From Carcharhinus amblyrhynchos (Eukaryota): 64,000 nt of DNA. The stretch lies in contig OZ336877.1 of NCBI GenBank assembly GCA_965287045.1, forward strand, positions 80,786,001 to 80,850,000. Direction: 5' to 3'. Position numbers and translations under genes: made by a program. Below are positions 24,323-35,990 of the stretch, piece by piece. Below the pieces are notes generated by a model. It did no database searches and was not told where the DNA came from. It saw only the letters and a program-made list of their open reading frames with translations. Every line of letters starts with the position of its first letter. Position 1 is the first letter of the stretch.

Positions 24323-27300
24323 GTACAGCAAGAGCCAGCAAAGGCTGCAAGCTAAAATCACAAGGAAAATGTGACCCTCAGTGACCCCTTTCAAATTCTT
24401 CATTTGATCCTTTTAAACCCTCAACCTTCAATTCTGCCATGTGGCCTACCTTCTCTCCTTCCCACAACTCTATCTCAGCCCTACCAAACGGTTATTTTTA
24501 TGATAGTCTATATCCATTTCCACTTGCTCAAATTCTGAATTCTCCCCCTTTCCCTCTCTCCACTGTGACTCATCTTAATTCTTTCACCCATGTAATTGTT
24601 TTATGGTCATCTGTTGGATTGAACATGTGCAGGCTTTGGAGGCCTTTTCAGTCTGCAAGAAAGTATTTTGCAAGCAAGACCTCTTTTACTAGCTACCCCT
24701 ATTTTCATAATTACTACTGTTCTGTTGAGTTACTGTTATTATTAAACTTCATTATTTATTGATATAAAGAAGATCACTCTTTAAACAATGCATTTGATGA
24801 CCTTATTTGTGGTCTCAAGTTACCACAGACTCCCTCTCTTAGGTATTGAAATGTGGCTGACATCCTGTATCCACTGCCATCTTAAGAGGCTTCCCATTTA
24901 CATGAGTGCTACAGGAATAGGGTTAGGCTTGCCTACTTCTGGATTAAAGGGTGAATATCATAATCAAAAGTCTTAGGCTCTTTCACATCGTATACTTGTA
25001 ACAACTTGGCTGATCAATTACTTAGTGATCTTGACTTAGCATTGCACAATTTTCAAATGCCCTCTCTTGTGATAATAATAACATTTAGCCTTTTTAAATC
25101 TACATGAGCGAGGAGTGTGGTTACCTCAACATTGGTAACATTCCACTATAAGAATTCCTATCTGCTTGCCTCTGCTGTATCTTTTTGTCCTGTGGGTAAC
25201 TGAAATTGTTCCCCACTTTATGGTTGTCTTGACAATTGTGGGACCATGGCTGGCTGCAGGATCTACTCTAATTGGCATATGGCACTAATTTGAGTGCTTT
25301 GCACCTCTTTTGAATCTTTTACAGTACTTTCCAAGGTCAGTGCTAACTCCATTATGTATTTGAAATTTATGTCAACTTATGCAAGCAATCTACATTGGGT
25401 AACATCATTGCTCAAGCCACAGACTAACTGATTCTGTAGCATATCATTTAGGGGGGCTCTGAAATCTCAATGCTCTAATAATTGCCCTGATTTAACAATA
25501 AAAGTCACAATTGATACACCTGGGGCTCTCACCCTTGAACTAAATTTGAATCTCTGGAGTATTATTGGTAATTGGGTTGAAAATAACCTTTCACTAAATC
25601 CACAATCTCACTGAATGATTTGAAGTTAGGCTCACCTAGGGTTGTGAGACTGCAAATGAGAGTATGAGCCTGATTTCCACAGGCACTCAGGGGAATTTCT
25701 TTGTGCTTTACTCCTCCCCAATTTTGTTTGCTTTCAAATAAAATCTGAGGTGCTCAACGGATTGTGTCAAAATCTATTTGCCCAAGGAAAAGCATTCTGG
25801 TGAGTATATTTTTTTAAATTTTTCCTCAGGCTTCAGTTGAAACTCATAGGTGTCTGGCCAGAGGCTGTGCCAGGATCATTTATTCTATTAGCCAGATGTA
25901 TAGATGTATTCCTGGAACCTTGTTGTGGAATAAAATAACTTTATTTATAAGAATGTTTCATGAGCTTCATGTTTGCTGTTAGTCCATAGCACAATCTATT
26001 AAAAAGGAAATCTGTTCACCCTGGAGAGGTTCCCTACTCTAGATCTTGATTCGTTGTTCAGGCCATGTAAATCTTATTTAGTGAGGTTGTTCTTCAAGAA
26101 CAATCATCACAACATGATTGTCCATGTGTCCTGATACAAAATAGCTTCCTTGCTAAAGAAGTAATATTTAGCCATGTAACAACTTGTCGGCCTGCTACCA
26201 GTACTTGTTTCAAACTCTGATGAACTAGGCATCAGCGATGTCCTTTGTATCAGCTGTTATTGATTCACAGTTTTCAGAGGAAAATAAACTGCTGGACTGT
26301 GTGACAACTTAGAAACACTGCCAAACTGAGTTCCAACTGATTGCTTCTGCCTTATGCATTTCACTGCTGGAGATCAGTTTTTTGCTTGTTCTTTGATCTG
26401 TGTTGATGACAGAACAATGCACCCCTACGAGGTCTCCGATTTTCCTGATTTCACTCATTATCTTGGCCTCTGATTTCCAAGTAAATTTTCTAAGAGCACA
26501 CTTTCATTTTTGGCTACTGAATTATCATTATGTTCACTACTATATTGTTATACATAATTCTTGTATGTGGACGTAGTCATTGAATGATCTCAGCAGTTCA
26601 TTAAATTCCATAGCTGTGTCTGGCTTGTGGTTCCTTTTTTTTTGGTTGACGTTGTCTGAACCATTTTCAGAGCATTGAGTCTATACTTCTCCATGTTTAA
26701 CTAATCTTAAACTTTTGTATAACGGAAGAAGGTTTGTGGCACCATAGGGGCAGATGTATGAGGTTTCTTGACAAAACATTTGTAATTTAAAAGGTTGAAA
26801 TCATAAAGATCTTTCATTTAGATTTGAAGAAATAAGATTGTGCACATCTAGCTTGTACACGTTCATCAGTTTCTCTTCAATTTGTAGTTTGTCCTGAATG
26901 TGTGTACAGTCTTCACATTTATAGAGTAAAGAATTATACATTTCAGTTAGCATATTATACTAGACTTCTCACATTAATGCTAATTGTATTTTCACAGCTA
27001 ACATTTTTACTAAAATGTTAAATATGGACCTGTTATACAGTGCATCCATAAATGTCACAGTTGATGAAATGGCACATTTTTCCTCATTTGTCAAATGGTT
27101 TAGCAAGTCGTGTGCAAACAATGACAGACTTATTAATTTCTTTGGGTAATTTCTGACAGCTGCCACTACTATTGGACATGGTTAGTTTTAGTAACGGATG
27201 GTCCTTTTAAGGCAATATTTGCTTTGGTATTTCAATCAACAACTAATAGGCATTTCAAGATTAATGTGGGTAAAGATTTCTTACATGGCATTTTGTAGTT

Positions 27301-27699
27301 TATTGTTGGATATCACAAATCATTCTGTTAGATTGAGTCAACTTTTCTGTATGAATTGTAGGGTTAGATCATCACAACACAACTAGATTACATTATTTCC
27401 AATTATTGCTTTAATATTGATGCTACTGGCTTGACCCCAGTGCTGACAGGATAATAAACAACTGTCTTTAATAGTGAGGACACAATTTGCAATGGATTTA
27501 AGCAATCCAACAAACTTTCATGGCGTATATCAAGATGGAATATAAAACAGCACAATATAAATTGAAGATTTGATCCAATAGTTAATTCATCAGTAAGGCC
27601 AGAGGAAGATGAATGCATAGCACATTTTCAAACTGCTTTCATATTTCTTACAGAAGGTTACTGAGAGGGCCAGTAAGAATGAGGAACTTGGAAGTAATT

Positions 27700-29495
27700 G
27701 AGTAGTTCATATAATTGATGGAAAGCTTTTAGATAAACTTAAGGAAATAAATGCTGACAAATCCTCAGGACCTGATGGCCTCACATTTCTAAAAGATGGA
27801 ACTGCAGAGATAATGGTTGCACTGGTTATTGTTTTGCAAATTCCCAAAGATTCTTGAATTGTCCCAGCAGATTGAAGGTTGGGAAATTTAACACTGCTAT
27901 TCAAGGAAGAAAGCTATTAAAGGAAGTTTTAACAATGCCCTTAGAAAATCATCTTATGATCAGACAGAATCAACACAAATTTTGCAAAAGGAAACTTGTG
28001 GACACCATATTAGGATTTCTTTCTGGACAAGAAGCAGGGAATAGGGATAAATGGTGCATTTTCAAGTTAGCAGACTATGATTAGTACAGTGCTGTGAGGG
28101 CTCAATGCCTGAGTCTCAGCTATTTACAATCTCTAATGAATTAGATGAAGAAACTGAGCAGAAAGCATCCAAGTTTATTGATAATACAGAGCTAGGGTGG
28201 AATGTAAGCTGTGAGGAGGACACAAAAAAGGCTGCATGAAGATATAGACAAGTTGGGGAGGCAAGAAGTTGGCAAATGGGTAAATGTGAGCTTGTTCAGT
28301 TTGATCTTAAGAATAGAAAAGTAAAAGTATTTTGAATGTATGCTGAACAGGAACTTCAGTTCCTCTTCAGCATACATTCTTACCTTTGAGCACATGACAT
28401 CTCCACTGAGAGCTAAACCTACCCTGTCTGCTCTCAGAACACAAGATCTTATAATTAGGAGCAACATTCAGCCCCTTGAGTCTGTTCCTCCAACCGAAAG
28501 ATCATGGCTGTGGTTCCAATTCCATTTTCCTGTCTGCCCCCCACCCCCGTTATCCTTGATTTCGTTGTTGAACAAGAATCTATCTCGCTCAGCCTCCTCT
28601 GCTCTCTGAGGAAAAGAATTCTACAGCCTAACAAGCCTCTGAGATCAAAATTCTCTGCATCTCAGTCTCACTAGGAGATTGCTAATTTTTAAACTGCATT
28701 TACGAATGCTAATGCCTCCACAAGGAGAAACATCTATTAGCCCCATCTGGACATTATATGTTTCAGTAAGATTACATCTTATTCTTCTAAACTCCAATGA
28801 GTATAGGCCTAACCTGCTCAACCTTTCCTCGTTACAGTGCAGGGGAGACAATTCAGCCATTACTTCTTCACATTCTCTCTACCCAAGCAAATCATTTAGT
28901 GCCATTCTCCCATCAACTGCCTGTAACTCTGTATATTTTAAATGATGGTCTAATTGCCTTTTGAATGTTTCAATTGAAGTTGCGTTTGCCACACTCTTAA
29001 AACATATATTCCTGACCTTAACCGCTCACTACATGAAAAAGATTTTCCTCATGTTACTTTTGTTTCATATATCAATTATTTTAAATCTGTGCCCTCTTGT
29101 CTTTGATCCTTAAATGAGTGGGAACAGTTTCTCTTTGATTTTAAATACGTCTATCAATCCAGACATCAATCAACTGAACCTTCTCTGAACTGTTCCTAAT
29201 GTAAATGATACCTTTCCTTAAGAAAGGAGACAAAACTGTAAAAAGTACTCCCAGATGTGGTCCAGTTAAGGCCCAGTACAGATGCAGCATCATTTCGCTA
29301 ATTCCCTTGTAGTAAGTGCCAATATTCTGTTTGCCTTCCTAAACAATTGAATCCCAAATGTTATGCAAATACAGTATGTACCAGGATAGCCTGGTACCTC
29401 AATACCAAAGAGATCTGCTTTTGGTTGCTCAACATTCAAACATACTGCTTTTCTATTCTTCCCGACAAATTGGATAAGTTCGCATTGACCCACAT
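27700..29495. mobile_element. Cluster of old CR1 fragments (plus strand 27700-28330; minus strand 28440-28830 and ~28860-29495)
   Basis: Degenerate KSxGPDG and RLGLYSLEFRR motifs and CR1 3'UTR sequence. Confidence 0.7.
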
Positions 29496-29600
29496 TATGG
29501 GTGGAATTTTACGAGATTTCTTTGTGTCCAGCGGGCATGTAACTGGGAGAGTTGCCAATCTATTTATCGGGTGAGTTTTCACTCCAAATTTATGCACTTT

Positions 29601-30230
29601 GGGCTGGTTTTACCATCAAGTTGTACCTGTTTTCAGGCATGAAAAATTGGTAAAGTCAGGTGTGAGGCAAGTAGTATGATCTGCACTTGCCTCCATGCTG
29701 ATTCCTATTTACTAAGGCCTGAAAATGGCTGCAATTGGGACTGTGCCAAAACAGGCGTGATGCCAGAATTAGCGCAAAACAGACATTCTCCACAAAAATC
29801 CAATTAAGGCATTTCAGTTAGTGAGGCAGTAAGTGGCTAGTATCTGACGGCTCTCTGCCTGAGAGCAATAGAAGGAGAGGGACCCGTGATCTGGCGGGAT
29901 AGAAGGGTCAGTAATGTTGGGGCGGGGGTGGGGAAATGTCTGTGGAGGTCAGGGGGAGGTGTTATCTTGCCCAGGAGGAATGTGGCAGGGGAGCCGTATT
30001 CTAGCATTTATTTTCCGCACATGAACAGTTGGAGCCACTGATGGGAACTGCAGGATTTTGGGCCGTTGAGCCCCACCCACAGGCTTCTACAGAGCGATTT
30101 GGAATTGCTGATATTTTTTCAGGTAGAGTGCATTTGGGGGCACCTGAGAATATGTCTAAAAGTCGGATCTGAAACACTCCCAGTTTCAAGTCTGCCCAGC
30201 ACTTATAATCAAAATGGTAAAATAGGGTCC
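29601..30230 (-). mobile_element. MITE family M2, inverted copy of 7084-7928
   Basis: TIRs gggctggttttaccat / atggtaaaatagggtcc; flanks ttt and tga are each one mismatch from TTA, and the sibling site at ~46925 reads cttagtc on its minus strand. Confidence 0.75.
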
Positions 30231-31980
30231 TGAGTCTTTGAAATTTATAGGCTATACTGCTTCCAGCTGCAAGAGGCAGTGGGTGGGGTCTAATTTGCCA
30301 GACAGCCAGCAACTCAGATTGGAGCCACAAACTGCTCGTGTGCAGAAAAATGGAAAAAAACAGCTCTCCTGACAGAGCCCTCACGGGCCAGCTAGAGCCT
30401 TCATTTCCCCCCCCCCACTCCACCACCACCAAGACATTGGAGACCCCCAATTACTGACCCTCTTACCCCTCTACCTCACCCTCAATGCCAGGATCTCCTT
30501 GCACAAGGCCCCCTTATGGCCCTAATGGCTGACTGACATGATCCTCCCCCCCCCCCCCCCCCCCCACCAATTCATCACAAGTGGTTCAAATCCACCCCTC
30601 CCAATCAGCAAACCTTCAAGTGCTGTCTTGGCTCCACATTCATGGTAACAAGTCAAACTGCTTTAAACTCACTGGAATCTCAAATGGGTAGGTAACTCTA
30701 CCAAACTGCCTGCAGCTAATCTGCCCTAACAAGGGAGAGCCTCATCAAAATCTCAAGGATGGACAGACAAGCAGCCACTGCAGGAAGAAATGGTCTCCAA
30801 GAAGACAGCTCCCTGATCTTCAGGTGCTAAATTGGCCACGTTGCTCAAGGCAGGGAAGGCAAGGTGGGATATCCTCTTCCCCCAGCAGAATGCCGTTCCA
30901 GAGGAAAGAAATGGAAACACAGACTGGGAGGTGTTGGGAACATGCATTAGTGCCAGGACACTGGCCAGGAGAACCGGGAAGCAGTGCTGCAAAAACTGAT
31001 CTAATCCGGACAGCAAGGGCGAGTGTTTTACTTCATCTAGCTGCTTCCCCCTAAATGACCTCCAGGTCCCCCCCACCCCAGCACCCTGCATGCTTTCAGC
31101 CTTTGACCCCCAAACACCTCCCTTCTCCCATCAAGAGTATTACAATCCCTGACCTCCTGAGGGCAATCCCCTGAAACCCTGCAGGACTCGTGCCATCAGA
31201 TTTGACATGGCTTCTTCTGTCCCCACAGGAGAAGAATATCCACAATCGCTGGGAGTGGGTGAAGACAGGGGGTGGTGTGTTTGAGATCCAGGTCCTTAGT
31301 GCCTTTGAGGAGCAGGCAGTGGCACTTGCGGGAGAGGAGGGGATGCAGACAATTAGCAACAGCATGGTTGGGTTGGAATATAGAAGTGAGCACCTGCCAA
31401 CCCTCCACTTATTGGAGAAATGTGTCCTGTGTTGCAGGAAGGGACCCCAAAAGCCTGGGCCATCTGGCATCATGGCTCCTGCCCATCCTGCCTCTGACAG
31501 CCCGGAAGACTCCTCGGAGGAAGCGGATGAAGGGACTTCCGAGGCTGGCACCAATCTTTTTTTGTCAGCTTCCATCTTGCAACTTGCCATCCCAGAGATT
31601 CTCATATTGGTAGGTCAAGTTAGTGGTGAAGCTTCTGTGTCACTCTCTGGTGTGCATGACACATCTGCTGATGTACAACAGGTGAAGGATGGAATGGTTG
31701 AGGCCTCTGGCATGTGGGGGCTGCTGGAAGCGAGGACTCAGTTGGCCCCAGGCTACATGCTGGACCTCTGAGATCATTTCTCCCTCAGCTGCTAGCAATG
31801 CAGCAACAGAGCCAGGGAATGCAGGAAAGGCTGTCGGCCACACTGGACCAACCGTGAGGCTGCTGGGAGAGTCCCAAAGCTTTCAAATGGACCAGCTATT
31901 GCTGGTTTTGAGCGGTTCCCAGGCCAACACTGCAAGTGTAGCATCTGCGGTGGAAAGCCTGAGGCAGGAGATGCTTCAGG

Positions 31981-33747
31981 TTTATGTGGTAGTAAACACC
32001 ATTAGCTTTTGGGGTTTCCCCCTTCATCAGGTGCGTGGGAGTTCTGATCACAAACAGAGCATATAAAGGCACACACTTAGTTTACAGAATACTGATTCGA
32101 ATGTGAGTCTTTACAGCTAATCAAGTCTTAAAAATGCAGACAATGTGAGTGGAGATAGCATTGAGCATAAATTTAAGAGATGTGTATTGTCTCCAGACAG
32201 GGCAGTTAGTGAGATGTTGCAACTCATGGGGGTTACAGATAATGTGACATGAACCCAAGATCCCAGTTGAGGCCATCCTCGTGTGTGGAACTTGGCTATT
32301 AGTTTCTGCTCAGTGACTCTGTGCTGTTGTATATCGTGAAGGCCACCTTGGAGAACGTTTACCCAAAGATCAGAGGCTGAATGCTTGTGACTTTGGAGTT
32401 GAGGAGGAACTTCTTCACTCAAAGGGTGGTGAATCTCTGGAATTCTCTGCCCGTTGAAGTGGTGGAGGCTACCTCGCTAAATATATTTAAGTCATGGGTA
32501 GATAGGTTTTTGACAGACAAGGGAATTAAGGGTTATGGGGAGAGAGCAGGAAAGTGGAACTGATCCACTTCAGATCAGCCATGATCTTATTGAAAGGTGG
32601 GGCAGGCTCAAAGGGCTAGATGGCCTACTCCTGCTCCTATTTCTTATGTTCTTATGACTACAGTGTTTGCCAACAGGAAGGGAACAATCTTGTCTGAGTG
32701 TCAAGCAGTGTTCATTCATCCATTGTTGTAGTGTCTGTATGGTGTCCCCAATGTACCGTGCCTTGGGACATCCTTTCCTGCAGCGTATCAGGTTAGACAA
32801 CTTTGGCCAACTTGCAAGAGTATGTGCCATGTACCAGGTGGATGGTATTCTCACATGAGATGATGGCATCCGTGTCAATGATCCGGCACGTCTAGCAGAG
32901 GTTGCTGTGGCAGGGTTGTGTGGTGTTGTGGTCACAGTTTTCCTGAAGGCTGGGTAGTTTGCTGTGGACAATGGTCTGTTTTGAGGTTGTATGGTTGTTT
33001 GAAGGCAAGAAGCTCTTATGAGGGCATCTTTCAGCATCTGGAGGTGTCTGTTGCAATTGTCCTCATCTAAGCAGATCCTGTGTATATGGAGGGCTTGTCC
33101 ATAAGGGATGGCATCTTTTAACATGTTTAGTGTGAAAGCTGCAGAAGTGGAGTATCATGAGTTACCCAAGGGCTTGCAGTACAGTGAGGTGCTGAGGTGA
33201 TCGTCCTTAATGGAGATGCGTGTGTCCAAGAATGCAACCGATTCCGGAGAATAGTCCATGGTGAGTCTGATGGTGGGATGGAACTTGTTGATGTTGTCAT
33301 AAAAGTTGATTCCATGATTGTTCACCATGAGTCCAAAGGAAGAAAATGTCATCGATGTTTCTAGTGTATAGCATTGGTTGAAGGTCCTGTGTGGTGAAGA
33401 AGTCTTGTTCGAGCCTGTGCATGAAGATGTTGGCAGATTGAGATGCGAATTTGGGTCCCATGGCTGTTCTGTGTGTCTGGATGAAGAACTGGTTGTTGAA
33501 GGTGAAGACATTGCGTCCGGGATGAAGCGGATGTGTTGTAAAATTCCATCTGGAAACTGGCAGTTGTTGGCGTTGAGTACTGAGGCAGTTGCAGCAATGT
33601 CATCGTCATGGGGGATGTTGGTGTAGAGTGCTGAGACATCCATTGTGACGAGGAGTCCCCCTAGTTCAACTGCTCCATGTGTGCTGAGTTTCCGTAGGAA
33701 GTCCATAGTGTTGCGACAAAAGTTGGGGGTTCTTTTTTGTATTGACT
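31981..33747 (-). mobile_element. Penelope family-1 element, 5'-truncated (RT, GIY-YIG and terminal repeat)
   Basis: LVTMDVSALYTNIPH, FHPTIRLTMDYS..FLD, AIPYGQAL and YIGDT motifs; ttcagg is duplicated at 31975-31980 and 33748-33753, and the host frame rejoins as EMLQ|DALEW. Hammerhead at ~31998-32034 has G12>A. Confidence 0.9.
32394..32654 (+). mobile_element. Young CR1 3' end inserted in the Penelope element
   Basis: Highly similar to 13037-13295; (ttcttatg)n tail. Confidence 0.9.
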
Positions 33748-33839
33748 TTCAGGATGCCCTCGAGTGGCTGAGTCACAGCAGGCCACAGCTGAGGGCCTGA
33801 ACAGGCTTTTTGAGATTCTATGGCCCATGGATGAGAGGT

Positions 33840-34070
33840 TTGAGAGCTTGCAGGAGACCCAGTGGGACAATGCTGAGACATAGTAAGCTATGACTGCACC
33901 CCTGAGAATGTGGCTGACTCTCAGAGTCATAGCTGAGGGGCTACAGAGTTGGCAGGAGACACAGAGGGACAGTGCTAAGACACAGCAGGCTATAGCAGCA
34001 TCCCTTCAGAATGTGGCCCAGTCATAGAGTCATGGTTGAGGGGTTGCAGAGCATAGCCCAGTCTCAGGAC
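33840..34070 (+). repeat. Degenerate ~102-nt coding tandem repeat (coiled-coil region of the Myb ORF)
   Basis: caggagac.cag.gggaca.tgct.agaca starts at 33851 and 33953. Confidence 0.6.
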
Positions 34071-34398
34071 ACTTGCTGTGGCCATTGACAGGTGACCCTT
34101 GACTTAGCCATCGCAGAGGGCTCAAACACCATGGCAAGAATGCAAAAGGTCCTTTCAGAATTGGCAGGACCAGGTGATGCTGGAGCTTTTGAAGTTCACT
34201 TCAGAAGCACCAGTGTCCCATGGATTGAGCCAGGGGTCCAAAAGAACTCCGAGGGAGGAGCAAGGCCTCGCCCCTGCTTGGGCCTTTGGCATAGGAATCT
34301 ATGGCTGAGATTAAAGCTTCTGACTCCCCTCCCCCTTCCTGACACCAGGGCAGGGGGATGAAGAGGGTATCATGGATATGTTCCTGACACCTGGAAAC

Positions 34399-35041
34399 GC
34401 AGTAAGAAGTCTCAACACCCAAGTTAAAGTCCAATAGGTTTATGTGGTAGCAAACGGCACTAGCTTTTGGAGCGCTGCTCCTTCGTCAGGTGAATGGGAG
34501 ATCTGTTCACAAACAGGCATATAAAGACACAAACTCAATTTATAGAATAATGATTGAAATGCAAGTCTTTACAGCTAATGTGAGTGGAGAGCGTTAAGCA
34601 CGGGTTAAAGACACACAGCACAGAGTTGCTGAGCAGAGACTGATAGCTGAGTTCCCCACACATGAGGATAGCCTCAACTGGGATCTTGGGTTCGTGTCAC
34701 ACTATCTGTAACCCCCATGACTTGCCTGGACTTGCAAAATCTCACTAACTGTCCTGTCTGGAGACAATACACATCTCTTTAACCTGTGCTTAATGCTCTC
34801 TCATTGTTTGCACTTTTTAAAGACTTTATTAGCTATAAGAACTCGCATTTCAATCCTTATTCTGTAAATTGAGTTTGTCTTTTATCTGCCTGTTTGTGAA
34901 CAGATCTCGTACTCACCTGACGAAGGAGGAGCACTCCGAAAGCTAGTGGCGTTTGCTAACAAAGAAATCTGTTGAACTTTAACCTGGTGTTGTGAGACTT
35001 CTTACTGTGTTTACCCCAGTCCAACGCATCTCCACATGACT
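34399..35041. mobile_element. Fold-back Penelope insertion (two terminal repeats in opposite orientation)
   Basis: Minus arm 34399-~34610, plus arm ~34612-35041; TSD acctggaaac at 34389-34398 and 35042-35051; minus-strand hammerhead at ~34458-34495 has G12>A. Confidence 0.85.
34912..34950 (+). ncRNA. Minimal hammerhead ribozyme, intact core
   Basis: cucac-CUGACGA-A-GGAG(gagca)CUCC-GAAA-GC-UA-gugg. Confidence 0.75.
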
Positions 35042-35848
35042 ACCTGGAAACAGATCAGGACCCTCAAGATCCAGACCCTCCAGAGGACGTTTGCCAAGGG
35101 CCAAGGGGCACGGTAGGCAGCTGGCTACCTCCACCTCTGATGTACATCCTGGGAGACACCAAGTCATAGACCACGTCGGGTTAAGAAGTTGTAGCGGCAC
35201 TAAGATGGAATGGGTGAAGAGCAACACTAGGTAGGTAGAATATTTAGACACTTTTAAAGTCTCACGTTCACATGTTTTTATATTATCATTTATTTTGAAA
35301 GCAATATTGCAACAATAAATGTTATTGCACCCCACACCTGTGACTAACTAGCCTCTAACAAGAATGTGCTGACTCTGATGGTCACTGGAGGGACTCTGCA
35401 TATTGATGTCAGTGCAGGAGGCCCCCTCAGCACACTGCTACTGAGAAAATCAAGGTACTCGAATCATTCACTGGGTACAGCAGGTGACATGCATCGGCAG
35501 TGTTGTACAGCATCTTTGGTATTCCCAGAATGCATGAGAAATTCCCCCCCCCCCCCCCCCCCCCCAATCCCACCTGGCCCAGGGCCCTACCTGGGGTTTA
35601 ATGCTCCCTTACCCACCACCCAGATGTGGGCTCAGGTGCCAGCATGCATGTGGATCTCAAGTAGGAGTCAGACTAATTTGCTCCAGGGGATCATCATGGT
35701 GCACAGAGTCATCATTACCCTCCTGTGTACCACAGAAACTTGCTAACACAATCGACTCAGGCCTATCACTCTGTTACAATGTTGCAGGAGATTGTAGGAC
35801 TCCAGGGATGGAGAAGGAAATGGAACACACATGCAGCAACATAGGTCA

Positions 35849-35990
35849 CTAATGACTAAAGTGTGGTGTGGTCAGGGCCTCCCTTGCTGCCCTCACATAC
35901 CTGATTCTTGCTGCCGCCAGCCCTCCAGTGCTTGAGTGGTGTTGCTCATCATCTTCCTCCTCTTCCTCTTCCTCCTGTTGGGTGGCCTTC
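35849..35990 (-). pseudogene. Harbinger transposase (HARBI1-like) C-terminal remnant
   Basis: EEEEEEEDDE..AAARIRYVRAAREALTTPHF*: acidic tract followed by the R..RxALI..F terminal motif. Confidence 0.55.

Larger units (their letters stand above)
30758..35194 (+). pseudogene. Harbinger Myb/SANT-like DNA-binding protein pseudogene with introns
   Basis: Exon 1 ..SGAKLATLLKAGKARWDILFP..DWEVLGTCISARTLARRTGKQCCK; exon 2 from ~31230 (cag|EKNIHNRWEWVKTGGG..LSAFEEQAVALAG); acidic exon 3 from ~31438; heptad repeats at 33750-34150; basic C-terminus RPRRVKKL*. Confidence 0.75.
29498..35990 (+). mobile_element. Fossil PIF/Harbinger transposon A: left TIR, Myb/SANT gene (+) and convergent transposase 3' end (-), with nested inserts
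   Basis: Left end gggtggaattttac; Myb-like exons and a HARBI1-like C-terminus lie in convergent orientation, as is typical of Harbingers. Confidence 0.7.

Noticed and set aside
25683-25799. Exon candidate ending at CTG|gtgagt
   Set aside because: Good donor, but only a modest acceptor and no recognisable peptide.
30545-30566. Long poly-C/G runs (also ~35543-35565 and 5305-5318) as functional G-quadruplexes
   Set aside because: Homopolymer expansions within repeats with unreliable lengths and no evidence of function.
2959-35041. Recurrent ~50-bp repeat (acaacaccaggtt.aagtccaa) considered as a CRISPR-like array
   Set aside because: Copies are dispersed, lie on both strands, lack regular spacers and are linked to Penelope RT/GIY-YIG sequence; the context is eukaryotic with no cas genes.
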